In this document: piece by piece, positions 42,046 through 54,289 of the stretch
Layout: every line of letters begins with the position of its first letter
Numbering within the stretch: the first letter of the stretch is position 1
Assembly: GCA_964016885.1 (NCBI GenBank)
Contig: OZ024743.1
Span: 134,416,001 to 134,480,000 of the forward strand
Length of the DNA stretch: 64,000 nt
DNA from: Eledone cirrhosa
Taxonomy: Eukaryota
Direction of reading: 5' to 3'
The notes under the pieces: generated by a model
The model's input: the letters and a program-made list of their open reading frames with translations, nothing else
The model's database searches: none
Told to the model about the DNA's origin: nothing
Position numbers and translations under genes: made by a program

Positions 42046-45000
42046 GTGTTTGGTGCTTGGTGTTTGGTGCTGAGTGCTTGGTGTTTGGTGTTTGACGCTT
42101 GGTGTTTGATGCTTGTTGCTTGTTGCTTGGTGTTTTGTGTTTGGTGTTTGGTGCTTGGTGTATGTACTTGGTGCTTGGTTCTTGGTGTTTGGTGCTTGGT
42201 TCTTGGTGTTTGGTGATTGGTGCTTGGTGCTTGGTGTTTGGTGCTTGGTGCTTGGTGTTTGGTACTTGGTGCTTGGTGTTTGGTTTTTGATGCTTGGTGT
42301 TTGATGCTTGGTGCTTGGTGCTTGGTGTTAAGTGTTTGGGGCTTGGCGCTTGGTGCATGGTGCTTGGTGTTTGGTGCTTGGTGCCTGGTGCTTGGTGTTT
42401 GGTGCTTGGTGCTTGGTGCTTGGTGTTTGGTGCTTGGTATTTGGTGCTTGGTGCTTGGTGTTTGGTGCTTGGTGTTTGGTGCTTGGTGTTCGGTGCTTGG
42501 TGCTTGGTGTTTGGTGCTTGGTGTTAGGTGATTGGTGCTTGGTGCTTGGTGTTTGATGTTTGATCCTTGGTGCTTGGTGTTTGGTGCTTGGTGCTTGGTG
42601 TTTGGTGTTTGGTGCTTGCTGCTTGCTGCTTGGTGTTTGGTGCTTGGTGATTGGTGCTTGGTGTTGGGTACTTGGTGCTTGTTGTTTGGTGTTTGGTGCT
42701 AGGTGCTTGGTGCTTGGTGCTTGGGGTTTGGTGCTTGGTGCTTGGTGTTTGGTGTTTGGTGCTTGGTGCTTGGGGCTTGGTGTTTGGTGCTTTGTGCTTG
42801 GTGCTTGTTGTTTGGTGCTTGTTGCTTGGTGCTTCGTGTTTGGTGTTTGGTGTTTGGTGCTTGGTGTTTGGTGCTTGGTGGTTGGTGCTGGGTGGTTGGT
42901 GTTTGGTGCTTGGTGCTTGGTGTTTGGTGCTTGGTGCTTGGTGCTTGTTGTTTGGTGCTTGGTGCTTGGTGCTTGGTCTTTGGTGCTTGGAGTTTGGTGG
43001 TTGGTGCTTGGTGCTTGGTGTTTGGTGTTTGGTGTTTGCTGTTTGGTGTTTGCTGTTTGGTGTCTGCTTTTTGGTGTTTGGTGTTTGCTGTATGGTGTTT
43101 GCTGTTTCGTATTTGGTTTTTGCTGTTTGGTGTTTGGTGTTTGGTGTTTGGTGTTTGGTGTTTGGTGTTTGGTGCTTTGTGCTTGGTGCTTGGTGTTTGG
43201 TGTTTGGTGCTTGGTGCTTGGTGTTTGGTGCTTGGTGCTTGGTGTTTGGTGTTTGGTGCTTGGTGCCTGGTGCTTGTTGTATGCTGTTTGGTGCCTGGTG
43301 CTTGGTGTTTGGTGTTTGGTGTTTGGTGCTTGGAGTCTGGTGTTTGGTGTTTGGTGTTTGGTGCTTGGTGCTTGGTGTTTGGGTTTTGGTGCTTGGTGCT
43401 TGGTGTTTGGTGTTTGGTGCTTGGTGTTTGGTGCTTGGTGTTTGGTGCTGAGTGCTTGGTGTTTTGTGCTTGGTGCGTGGTGCTTGGTGTTTGGTGTTTG
43501 GTGCTTGGTGCTTGGTGTTTGGTGTTTGATGCTTGGTGTTTGATGCTTGTTGCTTGGTGCTTGGTGTTTTGTGTTTGGTGTTTGGTGCTTGGTGTATGTA
43601 CTTGGTGCTTGGTTCTTGGTGTTTGGTGCTTGGTTCTTGGTGTTTGGTGATTGGTGCTTGGGGCTTGGTGTTTGGTGCTTGGTGCTTGGTGTTTGGTACT
43701 TGGTGCTTGGTGTTTGGTTTTTGATGCTTGGTGTTTGATGGTTGGTGCTTGGTGCTTGGTGTTAAGTGTTTGGGGCTTGGTGCTTGTTGCATGGTGCTTG
43801 GTGTTTGGTGCTTGGTGCCTGGTGCTTGGTGTTTGGTGCTTGGTGCTTGGTGCTTGGTGTTTGGTGCTTGGTATTTGGTGCTTGGTGCTTGGTGTTTGGT
43901 GCTTGGTGTTTGGTGCTTGGTGTTGGGTGCTTGGTGCTTGGTGTTTGGTGCTTGGTGCTTGGTGTTTGGTGTTTGGTGCTTGGTGCCTGGTGCTTGTTGT
44001 ATGCTGTTTGGTGCTTGGTGTTTGGTGTTTGGTGCTTGGTGCTTGGTGCTTGGTATTTGGTGTTTGGTGCTTGGTGCTTGGTGTTTGTTGTTTGGTGCTG
44101 GGTGCTTGGAGTTTGGTTCTTGGTGCTTGGTGCTTAGTGCTTGGTGTTTGGTGTTTGGTGCTTGGTGTTGGGTGTTTGGTGTTTGATGCTTGGTGTGTGC
44201 TGCTTGGTGCTTGGTGCTTGGTGTTTTTTGTTTGGTGCTTGGTGCTTGGTGCCTGGTGTTTGGTGCTTGGTGCTTGTTGTTTGGTGCTTGGTGCTTGGTG
44301 ATTAGTGTTCGGTGCTTGGTGCTTGGGGTTTGCTGTTTGGTGCTTGGTGCTTGGTGTTTGGTGTTTGGTGTTTGGTGCTTGGTGTCTGGTGTTTGGTGTT
44401 TGGTGTTTGGTGCTTGGTGCTTGGTGTTTGGGTTTTGGTGCTTGGTGCTTGGTGTTTGGTGTTTGGTGCTTGGTGTTCGGTGCTTGGTGTTTGGTGCTGA
44501 GTGCTTGGTGTTTTGTGCTTGGTGCGTGGTGCTTGGTGTTTGGTGTTTGGCGCTTGGTGCTTGGTGTTTGGTGTTTGATGCTTGGTGTTTGATGCTTGTT
44601 GCTTGGTGCTTGGTGTTTTGTGTTTGGTGTTTCGTGCTTGGTGTATGTACTTGTTGCTTGGTTCTTGGTGTTTGGTGCTTGGTTCTTGGTGTTTGGTGCT
44701 TGGTGCCTGGTGCTTGTTGTATGCTGTTTGGTGCTTGGTGCTTGGTGTTTGGTGTTTGCTGCTTGGTGTCTGGTGTTTGGTGCTTGGTGTTTGGTGTTTG
44801 GTGCTTGGTGCTTGGTGCTTGTTGTTTGGTGCTTGGTGCTTGGTGCTTGGTCTTTGGTGCTTGGAGTTTGGTGGTTGGTGCTTGGTGCTTGGTGTTTGGT
44901 GTTTGGTGTTTGCTGTTTGGTGTTTGCTGTTTGGTGTCTGCTTTTTGGTGTTTGGTGTTTGCTGTATGGTGTTTGCTGTTTCGTATTTGGTTTTTGCTGT

Positions 45001-48000
45001 TTGGTGTTTGGTGTTTGCTGTTTGGTGTTTGGTGTTTGGTGTTTGGTGCTTTGTGCTTGGTGCTTGGTGTTTGGTGTTTGGTGCTTGGTGCTTGGTGTTT
45101 GGTGCTTGGTGCTTGGTGTTTGGTGTTTGGTGCTTGGTGCCTGGTGCTTGTTGTATGCTGTTTGGTGCCTGGTGCTTGGTGTTTGGTGTTTGGTGTTTGG
45201 TGCTTGGTGTCTGGTGTTTGGTGTTTGGTGTTTGGTGCTTGGTGCTTGGTGTTTGGGTTTTGGTGCTTGGTGCTTGGTGTTTGGTGTTTGGTGCTTGGTG
45301 TTTGGTGCTTGGTGTTTGGTGCTGAGTGCTTGGTGTTTTGTGCTTGGTGCGTGGTGCTTGGTGTTTGGTGTTTGGTGCTTGGTGCTTGGTGTTTGGTGTT
45401 TGATGCTTGGTGTTTGATGCTTGTTGCTTGGTGCTTGGTGTTTTGTGTTTGGTGTTTGGTGCTTGGTGTATGTACTTGGTGCTTGGTTCTTGGTGTTTGG
45501 TGCTTGGTTCTTGGTGTTTGGTGATTGGTGCTTGGGGCTTGGTGTTTGGTGCTTGGTGCTTGGTGTTTGGTACTTGGTGCTTGGTGTTTGGTTTTTGATG
45601 CTTGGTGTTTGATGGTTGGTGCTTGGTGCTTGGTGTTAAGTGTTTGGGGCTTGGTGCTTGTTGCATGGTGCTTGGTGTTTGGTGCTTGGTGCCTGGTGCT
45701 TGGTGTTTGGTGCTTGGTGCTTGGTGCTTGGTGTTTGGTGCTTGGTATTTGGTGCTTGGTGCTTGGTGTTTGGTGCTTGGTGTTTGGTGCTTGGTGTTGG
45801 GTGCTTGGTGCTTGGTGTTTGGTGCTTGGTGTTAGGTGATTGGTGCTTGGTGCTTGGTGTTTTATGTTTGATCCTTGGTGCTTGGTGTTTGGTGCTTGGT
45901 GCTTGGTGTTTGGTGTTTGGTGCTTGGTGCCTGGTGCTTGTTGTATGCTGTTTGGTGCTTGGTGCTTGGTGTTTGGTGTTTGCTGCTTGTTGTCTGGTGT
46001 TTGGTGCTTGGTGTTTGGTGTTTGGTGCTTGGTGCTTGGTGCTTGGTATTTGGTGTTTGGTGCTTGGTGCTTGGTGTTTGTTGTTTGGTGCTGGGTGCTT
46101 GGAGTTTGGTTCTTGGTGCTTGGTGCTTAGTGCTTGGTGTTTGGTGTTTGGTGCTTGGTGTTGGGTGTTTGGTGTTTGATGCTTGGTGTGTGCTGCTTGG
46201 TGCTTGGTGCTTGGTGTTTTTTGTTTGGTGCTTGGTGCTTGGTGCCTGGTGCTTGGTGCTTGGTGCTTGTTGTTTGGTGCTTGGTGCTTGGTGATTAGTG
46301 TTTGGTGCTTGGTGCTTGGGGTTTGCTGTTTGGTGCTTGGTGCTTGGTGTTTGGTGTTTGGTGTTTGGTGCTTGGTGTCTGGTGTTTGGTGTTTGGTGTT
46401 TGGTGCTTGGTGCTTGGTGTTTGGGTTTTGGTGCTTGGTGCTTGGTGTTTGGTGTTTGGTGCTTGGTGTTTGGTGCTTGGTGTTTGGTGCTGAGTGCTTG
46501 GTGTTTTGTGCTTGGTGCGTGGTGCTTGGTGTTTGGTGTTTGGCGCTTGGTGCTTGGTGTTTGGTGTTTGATGCTTGGTGTTTGATGCTTGTTGCTTGGT
46601 GCTTGGTGTTTTGTGTTTGGTGTTTCGTGCTTGGTGTATGTACTTGTTGCTTGGTTCTTGGTGTTTGGTACTTGGTTCTTGGTGTTTGGTGCTTGGTGCC
46701 TGGTGCTTGTTGTATGCTGTTTGGTGCTTGGTGCTTGGTGTTTGGTGTTTGCTGCTTGGTGTCTGGTGTTTGGTGCTTGGTGTTTGGTGTTTGGTGCTTG
46801 GTGCTTGGTGCTTGGTATTTGGTGTTTGGTGCTTGGTGCTTGGTGATTGTTGTTTGGTGCTGGGTGCTTGGAGTTTGGTGCTTGGTGCTTGGTGCTTAGT
46901 GCTTGGTGTTTGGTGTTTGGTGCTTGGTGTTGGGTGTTTGGTGTTTGATGCTTGGTGTGTGCTGCTTGGTGCTTGGTACTTGGTGTTTTGTGTTTGGTGC
47001 TTGGTGCTTGGTGCCTGGTGCTTGGTGCTTGGTGCTTGTTGTTTGGTGCTTGGTGCTTGGTGATTAGTGTTTGGTGCTTGGTGCTTGGGGTTTGCTGTTT
47101 GGTGCTTGGTGCTTGGTGTTTGGTGCTTGGTGCTTGGTGTTTGGTGTTTGGTGCTTGGTGCTTGGTGTTTGGGTTTTGGTGCTTGGTGCTTGGTGTTTGG
47201 TGTTTGGTGCTTGGTGTTTGGTGCTTGGTGTTTGGTGCTGAGTGCTTGGTGTTTGGTGTTTGACGCTTGGTGTTTGATGCTTGTTGCTTGGTGCTTGGTG
47301 TTTTGTGTTTGGTGTTTGGTGCTTGGTGTATGTACTTGGTGCTTGGTTCTTGGTGTTTGGTGCTTGGTTCTTGGTGTTTGGTGATTGGTGCTTGGTGCTT
47401 GGTGTTTGGTGCTTGGTGCTTGGTGTTTGGTACTTGGTGCTTGGTGTTTGGTTTTTGATGCTTGGTGTTTGATGCTTGGTGCTTGGTGCTTGGTGTTAAG
47501 TGTTTGGGGCTTGGTGCTTGGTGCATGGTGCTTGGTGTTTGGTGCTTGGTGCCTGGTGATTGGTGTTTGGTGCTTGGTGCTTGGTGCTTGGTGTTTGGTG
47601 CTTGGTATTTGGTGCTTGGTGCTTGGTGTTTGGTGCTTGGTGTTTGGTGCTTGGTGTTCGGTGCTTGGTGCTTGGTGTTTGGTGCTTGGTGTTAGGTGAT
47701 TGGTGCTTGGTGCTTGGTGTTTGATGTTTGATCCTTGGTGCTTGGTGTTTGGTGCTTGGTGCTTGGTGTTTGGTGTTTGGTGCTTGCTGCTTGCTGCTTG
47801 GTGTTTGGTGCTTGGTGATTGGTGCTTGGTGTTGGGTACTTGGTGCTTGTTGTTTGGTGTTTGGTGCTAGGTGCTTGGTGCTTGGTGCTTGGGGTTTGGT
47901 GCTTGGTGCTTGGTGTTTGGTGTTTGGTGCTTGGTGCTTGGGGCTTGGTGTTTGGTGCTTTGTGCTTGGTGCTTATTGTTTGTTGCTTGGTGCTTGGTGC

Positions 48001-50815
48001 TTCGTGTTTGGTGTTTGGTGTTTGGTGCTTGGTGTTTGGTGCTTGGTGGTTGGTGCTGGGTGGTTGGTGTTTGGTGCTTGGTGCTTGGTGTTTGGTGCTT
48101 GGTGCTTGGTGCTTGTTGTTTGGTGCTTGGTGCTTGGTGCTTGGTCTTTGGTGCTTGGAGTTTGGTGGTTGGTGCTTGGTGCTTGGTGTTTGGTGTTTGG
48201 TGTTTGCTGTTTGGTGTTTGCTGTTTGGTGTCTGCTTTTTGGTGTTTGGTGTTTGGTGTATGGTGTTTGCTGTTTCGTATTTGGTTTTTGCTGTTTGGTG
48301 TTTGGTGTTTGCTGTTTGGTGTTTGGTGTTTGGTGTTTGGTGCTTTGTGCTTGGTGCTTGGTGTTTGGTGTTTGGTGCTTGGTGCTTGGTGTTTGGTGCT
48401 TGGTGCTTGGTGTTTGGTGTTTGGTGCTTGGTGCCTGGTGCTTGTTGTATGCTGTTTGGTGCCTGGTGCTTGGTGTTTGGTGTTTGGTGTTTGGTGCTTG
48501 GTGTCTGGTGTTTGGTGTTTGGTGCTTGGTGCTTGGTGTTTGGGTTTTGGTGCTTGGTGCTTGGTGTTTGGTGTTTGGTGCTTGGTGTTTGGTGCTTGGT
48601 GTTTGGTGCTGAGTGCTTGGTGTTTTGTGCTTGGTGCGTGGTGCTTGGTGTTTGGTGTTTGGTGCTTGGTGCTTGGTGTTTGGTGTTTGGTGCTTGGTGT
48701 TGGGTGTTTGGTGTTTGATGCTTGGTGTGTGCTGCTTGGTGCTTGGTACTTGGTGTTTTGTGTTTGGTGCTTGGTGCTTGGTGCCTGGTGCTTGGTGCTT
48801 GGTGCTTGTTGTTTGGTGCTTGGTGCTTGGTGATTAGTGTTTGGTGCTTGGTGCTTGGGGTTTGCTGTTTGGTGCTTGGTGCTTGGTGTTTGGTGCTTGG
48901 TGCTTGGTGTTTGGTGTTTGGTGCTTGGTGCTTGGTGTTTGGGTTTTGGTGCTTGGTGCTTGGTGTTTGGTGTTTGGTGCTTGGTGTTTGGTGCTTGGTG
49001 TTTGGTGCTGAGTGCTTGGTGTTTGGTGTTTGACGCTTGGTGTTTGATGCTTGTTGCTTGGTGCTTGGTGTTTTGTGTTTGGTGTTTGGTGCTTGGTGTA
49101 TGTACTTGGTGCTTGGTTCTTGGTGTTTGGTGCTTGGTTCTTGGTGTTTGGTGATTGGTGCTTGGTGCTTGGTGTTTGGTGCTTGGTGCTTGTTGTTTGG
49201 TACTTGGTGCTTGGTGTTTGGTTTTTGATGCTTGGTGTTTGATGCTTGGTGCTTGGTGCTTGGTGTTAAGTGTTTGGGGCTTGGTGCTTGGTGCATGGTG
49301 CTTGGTGTTTGGTGCTTGGTGCCTGGTGATTGGTGTTTGGTGCTTGGTGCTTGGTGCTTGGTGTTTGGTGCTTGGTATTTGGTGCTTGGTGCTTGGTGTT
49401 TGGTGCTTGGTGTTTGGTGCTTGGTGTTCGGTGCTTGGTGCTTGGTGTTTGGTGCTTGGTGTTAGGTGATTGGTGCTTGGTGCTTGGTGTTTGATGTTTG
49501 ATCCTTGGTGCTTGGTGTTTGGTGCTTGGTGCTTGGTGTTTGGTGTTTGGTGCTTGCTGCTTGCTGCTTGGTGTTTGGTGCTTGGTGATTGGTGCTTGGT
49601 GTTGGGTACTTGGTGCTTGTTGTTTGGTGTTTGGTGCTAGGTGCTTGGTGCTTGGTGCTTGGGGTTTGGTGCTTGGTGCTTGGTGTTTGGTGTTTGGTGC
49701 TTGGTGCTTGGGGCTTGGTGTTTGGTGCTTTGTGCTTGGTGCTTATTGTTTGTTGCTTGGTGCTTGGTGCTTCGTGTTTGGTGTTTGGTGTTTGGTGCTT
49801 GGTGTTTGGTGCTTGGTGGTTGGTGCTGGGTGGTTGGTGTTTGGTGCTTGGTGCTTGGTGTTTGGTGCTTGGTGGTTGGTGCTTGTTGTTTGGTGCTTGG
49901 TGCTTGGTGCTTGGTCTTTGGTGCTTGGAGTTTGGTGGTTGGTGCTTGGTGCTTGGTGTTTGGTGTTTGGTGTTTGCTGTTTGGTGTTTGCTGTTTGGTG
50001 TCTGCTTTTTGGTGTTTGGTGTTTGCTGTATGGTGTTTGCTGTTTCGTATTTGGTTTTTGCTGTTTGGTGTTTGGTGTTTGCTGTTTGGTGTTTGGTGTT
50101 TGGTGTTTGGTGCTTTGTGCTTGGTGCTTGGTGTTTGGTGTTTGGTGCTTGGTGCTTGGTGTTTGGTGCTTGGTGCTTGGTGTTTGGTGTTTGGTGCTTG
50201 GTGCCTGGTGCTTGTTGTATGCTGTTTGGTGCCTGGTGCTTGGTGTTTGGTGTTTGGTGTTTGGTGCTTGGTGTCTGGTGTTTGGTGTTTGGTGCTTGGT
50301 GCTTGGTGTTTGGGTTTTGGTGCTTGGTGCTTGGTGTTTGGTGTTTGGTGCTTGGTGTTTGGTGCTTGGTGTTTGGTGCTGAGTGCTTGGTGTTTTGTGC
50401 TTGGTGCGTGGTGCTTGGTGTTTGGTGTTTGGTGCTTGGTGCTTGGTGTTTGGTGTTTGATGCTTGGTGTTTGATGCTTGTTGCTTGGTGCTTGGTGTTT
50501 TGTGTTTGGTGTTTGGTGCTTGGTGTATGTACTTGGTGCTTGGTTCTTGGTGTTTGGTGCTTGGTTCTTGGTGTTTGGTGATTGGTGCTTGGGGCTTGGT
50601 GTTTGGTGCTTGGTGCTTGGTGTTTGGTACTTGGTGCTTGGTGTTTGGTTTTTGATGCTTGGTGTTTGATGCTTGGTGCTTGGTGCTTGGTGTTAAGTGT
50701 TTGGGGCTTGGTGCTTGTTGCATGGTGCTTGGTGTTTGGTGCTTGGTGCCTGGTGCTTGGTGTTTGGTGCTTGGTGCTTGGTGCTTGGTGTTTGGTGCTT
50801 GGTATTTGGTGCTTG
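41500..50815 (-). repeat. Mosaic higher-order region with overlapping offsets of 1874, 1993, 1770 and 5168 bp
   Basis: ORF pairs 43533/45407 (1874), 44190/46183 (1993), 47267/49037 and 47728/49498 (1770), 42099/47267 and 42560/47728 (5168). Confidence 0.88.
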
Positions 50816-50830
50816 GTACATACACCAAGC
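50811..50830. other. Strand-switch junction 2 (G-rich to C-rich) at GTAC (50816-50819)
   Basis: gcttggt + acatacaccaagc. The left side follows the G-rich HOR; the right side matches the C-rich variant (ccaa)gtacatacaccaagc seen intact at 52250. The shared GT is a 2-bp overlap. Confidence 0.96.
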
Positions 50831-51069
50831 ACCAAACACCAAACACAAAACACCAAGCACCAAGCAACAAGCATCAAACACCAAGCATCAAACACCAAAC
50901 ACCAAGTACCAAGCACCAAACAACAAACACCAAGCACCAAGCACCAAGCACCAAACACCATACACCCAGCACCAAACACTAAGCACAAAGCACCAAGCAC
51001 CAAGCACCAAACACCAAACACCAAACACCAAGCACCAAGCACCAAACACCAAACACTAAGCACCAAGCA

Positions 51070-52940
51070 CCAAACACCAAAACCCAAACACTAGACCCCA
51101 ATCACGAAACACCAAACACCAAATACCAAGCACCAAGCACCAAAGACTAATCACCAAGCACCAAGCAACAAACAACAAGCACCAAGCACCAAGCACCAAA
51201 CACAGAACACCAAGCACCAAGCACCAAGCACCAAGCACCAAGCATCAAACACCAAGCACCAAACACCAAACACCAAGCACTAAGCACCAAGCACCAAGCA
51301 CCAATCACCAAACACCAAGCACCAAGCACCAAACACCAAGCACCAGGCACCAAGCACCAAACACCAAGCACCAAGCCCCAAACACCAAACACCAAGCACC
51401 AAAGACCAAGCACCAAGCACCAAACAACAAGCACCAAGCACCAAGCACCAAACACCAAGCACCAAGCACCATGCACCAAAAACCAAGCACCAAGCACCGA
51501 GCACCAAACACCAAACACCAAGCACCAAAGACCAAGCACCAAGCACCAAACAACAAGCACCAAGCACCAAGCAGCAAGCACCAAACACCAAACACCAAGC
51601 ACCAAGCACCAAACACCAAGCACCAAGGACCAAACATCAAACACCAAGCACCAAGCACCAAACACCTAACACCAAGCACCAAGCACCAAGCACCAAGCAC
51701 CGAACACCAAGCACCAAACACCAAGCACCAAACACCAAGCACCAAGCACCAAACACCAAGCACCAAACACAAAGCACCAAGCACCAAGCAACAAACACCA
51801 AGCACCAGGCACCAAGCACCAAACACCAAGCACCATGCACCAAGCACCAAGCCCCAAACACTTAACACCAAGCACCAAGCACCAAGCACCAAGCACCAAA
51901 CACCAAGCACCAAAGACCAAACACCAAGCACCAAGTACCAAACACCAAGCACCAAGCACCAAACACCAAGCACCAAGCACCAATCACCAAATACCAAGCA
52001 CCAAACACCAAACACCAAGCACCAAGCACCAAGCACCAAACACCAAGCACCAAACACCAAGCACCAAACACCAAGTCCCACGCACCAAGCACCAAACACC
52101 AAACACCAAGCACCAAGCACCAAACACCAAGCACCAAGCACCAAGCCCCTAGCACCAAACACCAAACACCAAGCACCAAGCACCAAACACCAAGCACCAA
52201 GCACCAAGCACCAAACACCAAGAACCAAGCACCAAACACCAAGCACCAAGTACATACACCAAGCACCAAACACCAAACACAAAACACCAAGCACCAAGCA
52301 ACAAGCATCAAACACCAAGCATCAAACACCAAACACCAAGTACCAAGCACCAAACACCAAAACCCAAACACTAGACCCCAATCACGAAACACCAAACACC
52401 AAATACCAAGCACCAAGCACCAAAGACTAATCACCAAGCACCAAGCACCAAACAACAAGCACCAAGCACCAAGCACCAAACACAGAACACCAAGCACCAA
52501 GCACCAAGCACCAAGCACCAAGCATCAAACACCAAACACCAAGCACCAAACACCAAACACCAAGCTCTAAGCACCAAGCACCAAGCACCAATCACCAAAC
52601 ACCAAGCACCAAGCACCAAACACCAAGCACCAGGCACCAAGCACCAAACACCAAACACCAAGCACCAAAGACCAAGCACCAAGCACCAAGCACCAAACAA
52701 CAAGCACCAAGCACCAAGCACCAAACACCAAGCACCAAGCACCATGCACCAAAAACCAAGCACCAAGCACCAAGCACCAAACACCAAACACCAAGCACCA
52801 AAGACCAAGCACCAAGCACCAAACAACAAGCACCAAGCACCAAGCAGCAAGCACCAAACACCAAACACCAAGCACCAAGCACCAAACACCAAGCACCAAG
52901 GACCAAACATCAAACACCAAGCACCAAGCACCAAACACCT
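51070..52940 (+). repeat. Direct duplication, offset about 1280 bp
   Basis: ctagaccccaatcacgaaac at 51091 and 52371; cacagaacac at 51201 and 52481. Confidence 0.88.
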
Positions 52941-54289
52941 AACACCAAGCACCAAGCATCAAGCACCAAGCACCAAACACCAAGCATCAAACACAAAGCA
53001 CCAAGCACCAAACACCAAGCACCAAGCACCAAACACCAAGCACCAAGCACCAAACACCAAACCCCAAGCACCAAACACCAAACCCCAAGCACCAAGCACC
53101 AAACACTAATCACCAAGCACCAAGCATCAAACAACAAGCACCAAGCACCAAGCACCAGGCACCAAGCACCAAGCACCAAACACTAATCACCAAGCACCAA
53201 GCACCAATCACCAAACACCAATCACCAAGCACCAAGCATCAAACACCAAGCACCAAGCACCAAACACCAAACACCAAGCACCAAAGACCAAGCACCAAGC
53301 ACCAAGCACCAAGCACCAAACCCCAAGCACCAACCACCATGCACCAAACACCAAGCACCAAGCACCAAACACCAACCACCCAGCACCAAGCACCAAGCAC
53401 CAAACACCAAGCACCAAACACCAAACACCAAACACGAAGCACCAAGCACCAAGCACCAAACACCAAGCACCAAGCACCAAGCACCAATCACCAAGCACCA
53501 AACACCAAGCAGCAAGCAACAAGCACCAAACACCAAACACCAAGCACCAAGCACCAAACACCAAGCACCAAGGATCAAACATCAAACACCAAGCACCAAG
53601 CACCAATCACCTAACACCAAGCACCAAACACCAAGCACCAAGCACCGAACACCAAGCATCAAACACCAAGCACCAAACACCAAGCACCAAGCACCAAATA
53701 CCAAGCACCAAACACCAAGCACCAAGCACCAAGCACCAAACACCAAGCACCAGGCACCAAGCACCAAACACCAAGCACCATGCACCAAGCACCAAGCCCC
53801 AAACACTTAAACACCAAGCACCAAGTACCAAGCATCAAACACCAAGCATCAAAAACCAAATACCAAGCACCAAGTACCAAACACCAAGCACCAAGCACCA
53901 AACACCAAGCACCAAGCACCAATCACCAAACACCAAGAACCAAACACCAAACACCAAGAACCAAGCAACAAGTACATAAACCAAGCACGAAACACCAAAC
54001 ACAAAACACCAAGCACCAAGCAACAAGCATCAAACACCAAGCATCAAACACCAAACACCAAGCACCAAGCGCCAAACACCAAACACCAAGCACCACGCAC
54101 CAAGCACAAAACACCAAGCACTCCGCACCAAACACCAAGCACCAAACACCAAACACCAAGCACCAAGCACCAAAACCCAAACACCAAGCACCAAGCACCA
54201 AACACCAAACACCAAACACCAGACACCAAGCACCAAACACCAAACACCAAACACCAAGCACCAAGCACCAAACAGCAAACCCCAAGCAC

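Larger units (their letters stand above)
15847..50817 (-). repeat. 7-bp satellite array, block 2, inverted orientation (CTTGGTG/TTTGGTG on +), about 35 kb
   Basis: The + strand reads tandem (C/T)TTGGTG, the reverse complement of block 1, from the AAGCTT junction to the GGTAC junction. Confidence 0.99.

Noticed and set aside
15847-50817. Transposon with terminal inverted repeats, or a recombinase-controlled invertible element
   Set aside because: No transposase or recombinase, no target-site duplication and no distinct recombination sites; the interior is entirely satellite.
15847-50817. Stable G-quadruplex array
   Set aside because: G-runs are almost all GG with 5-nt loops and only occasional GGGG variants, so at most weak two-tier structures; not supportable from sequence alone.
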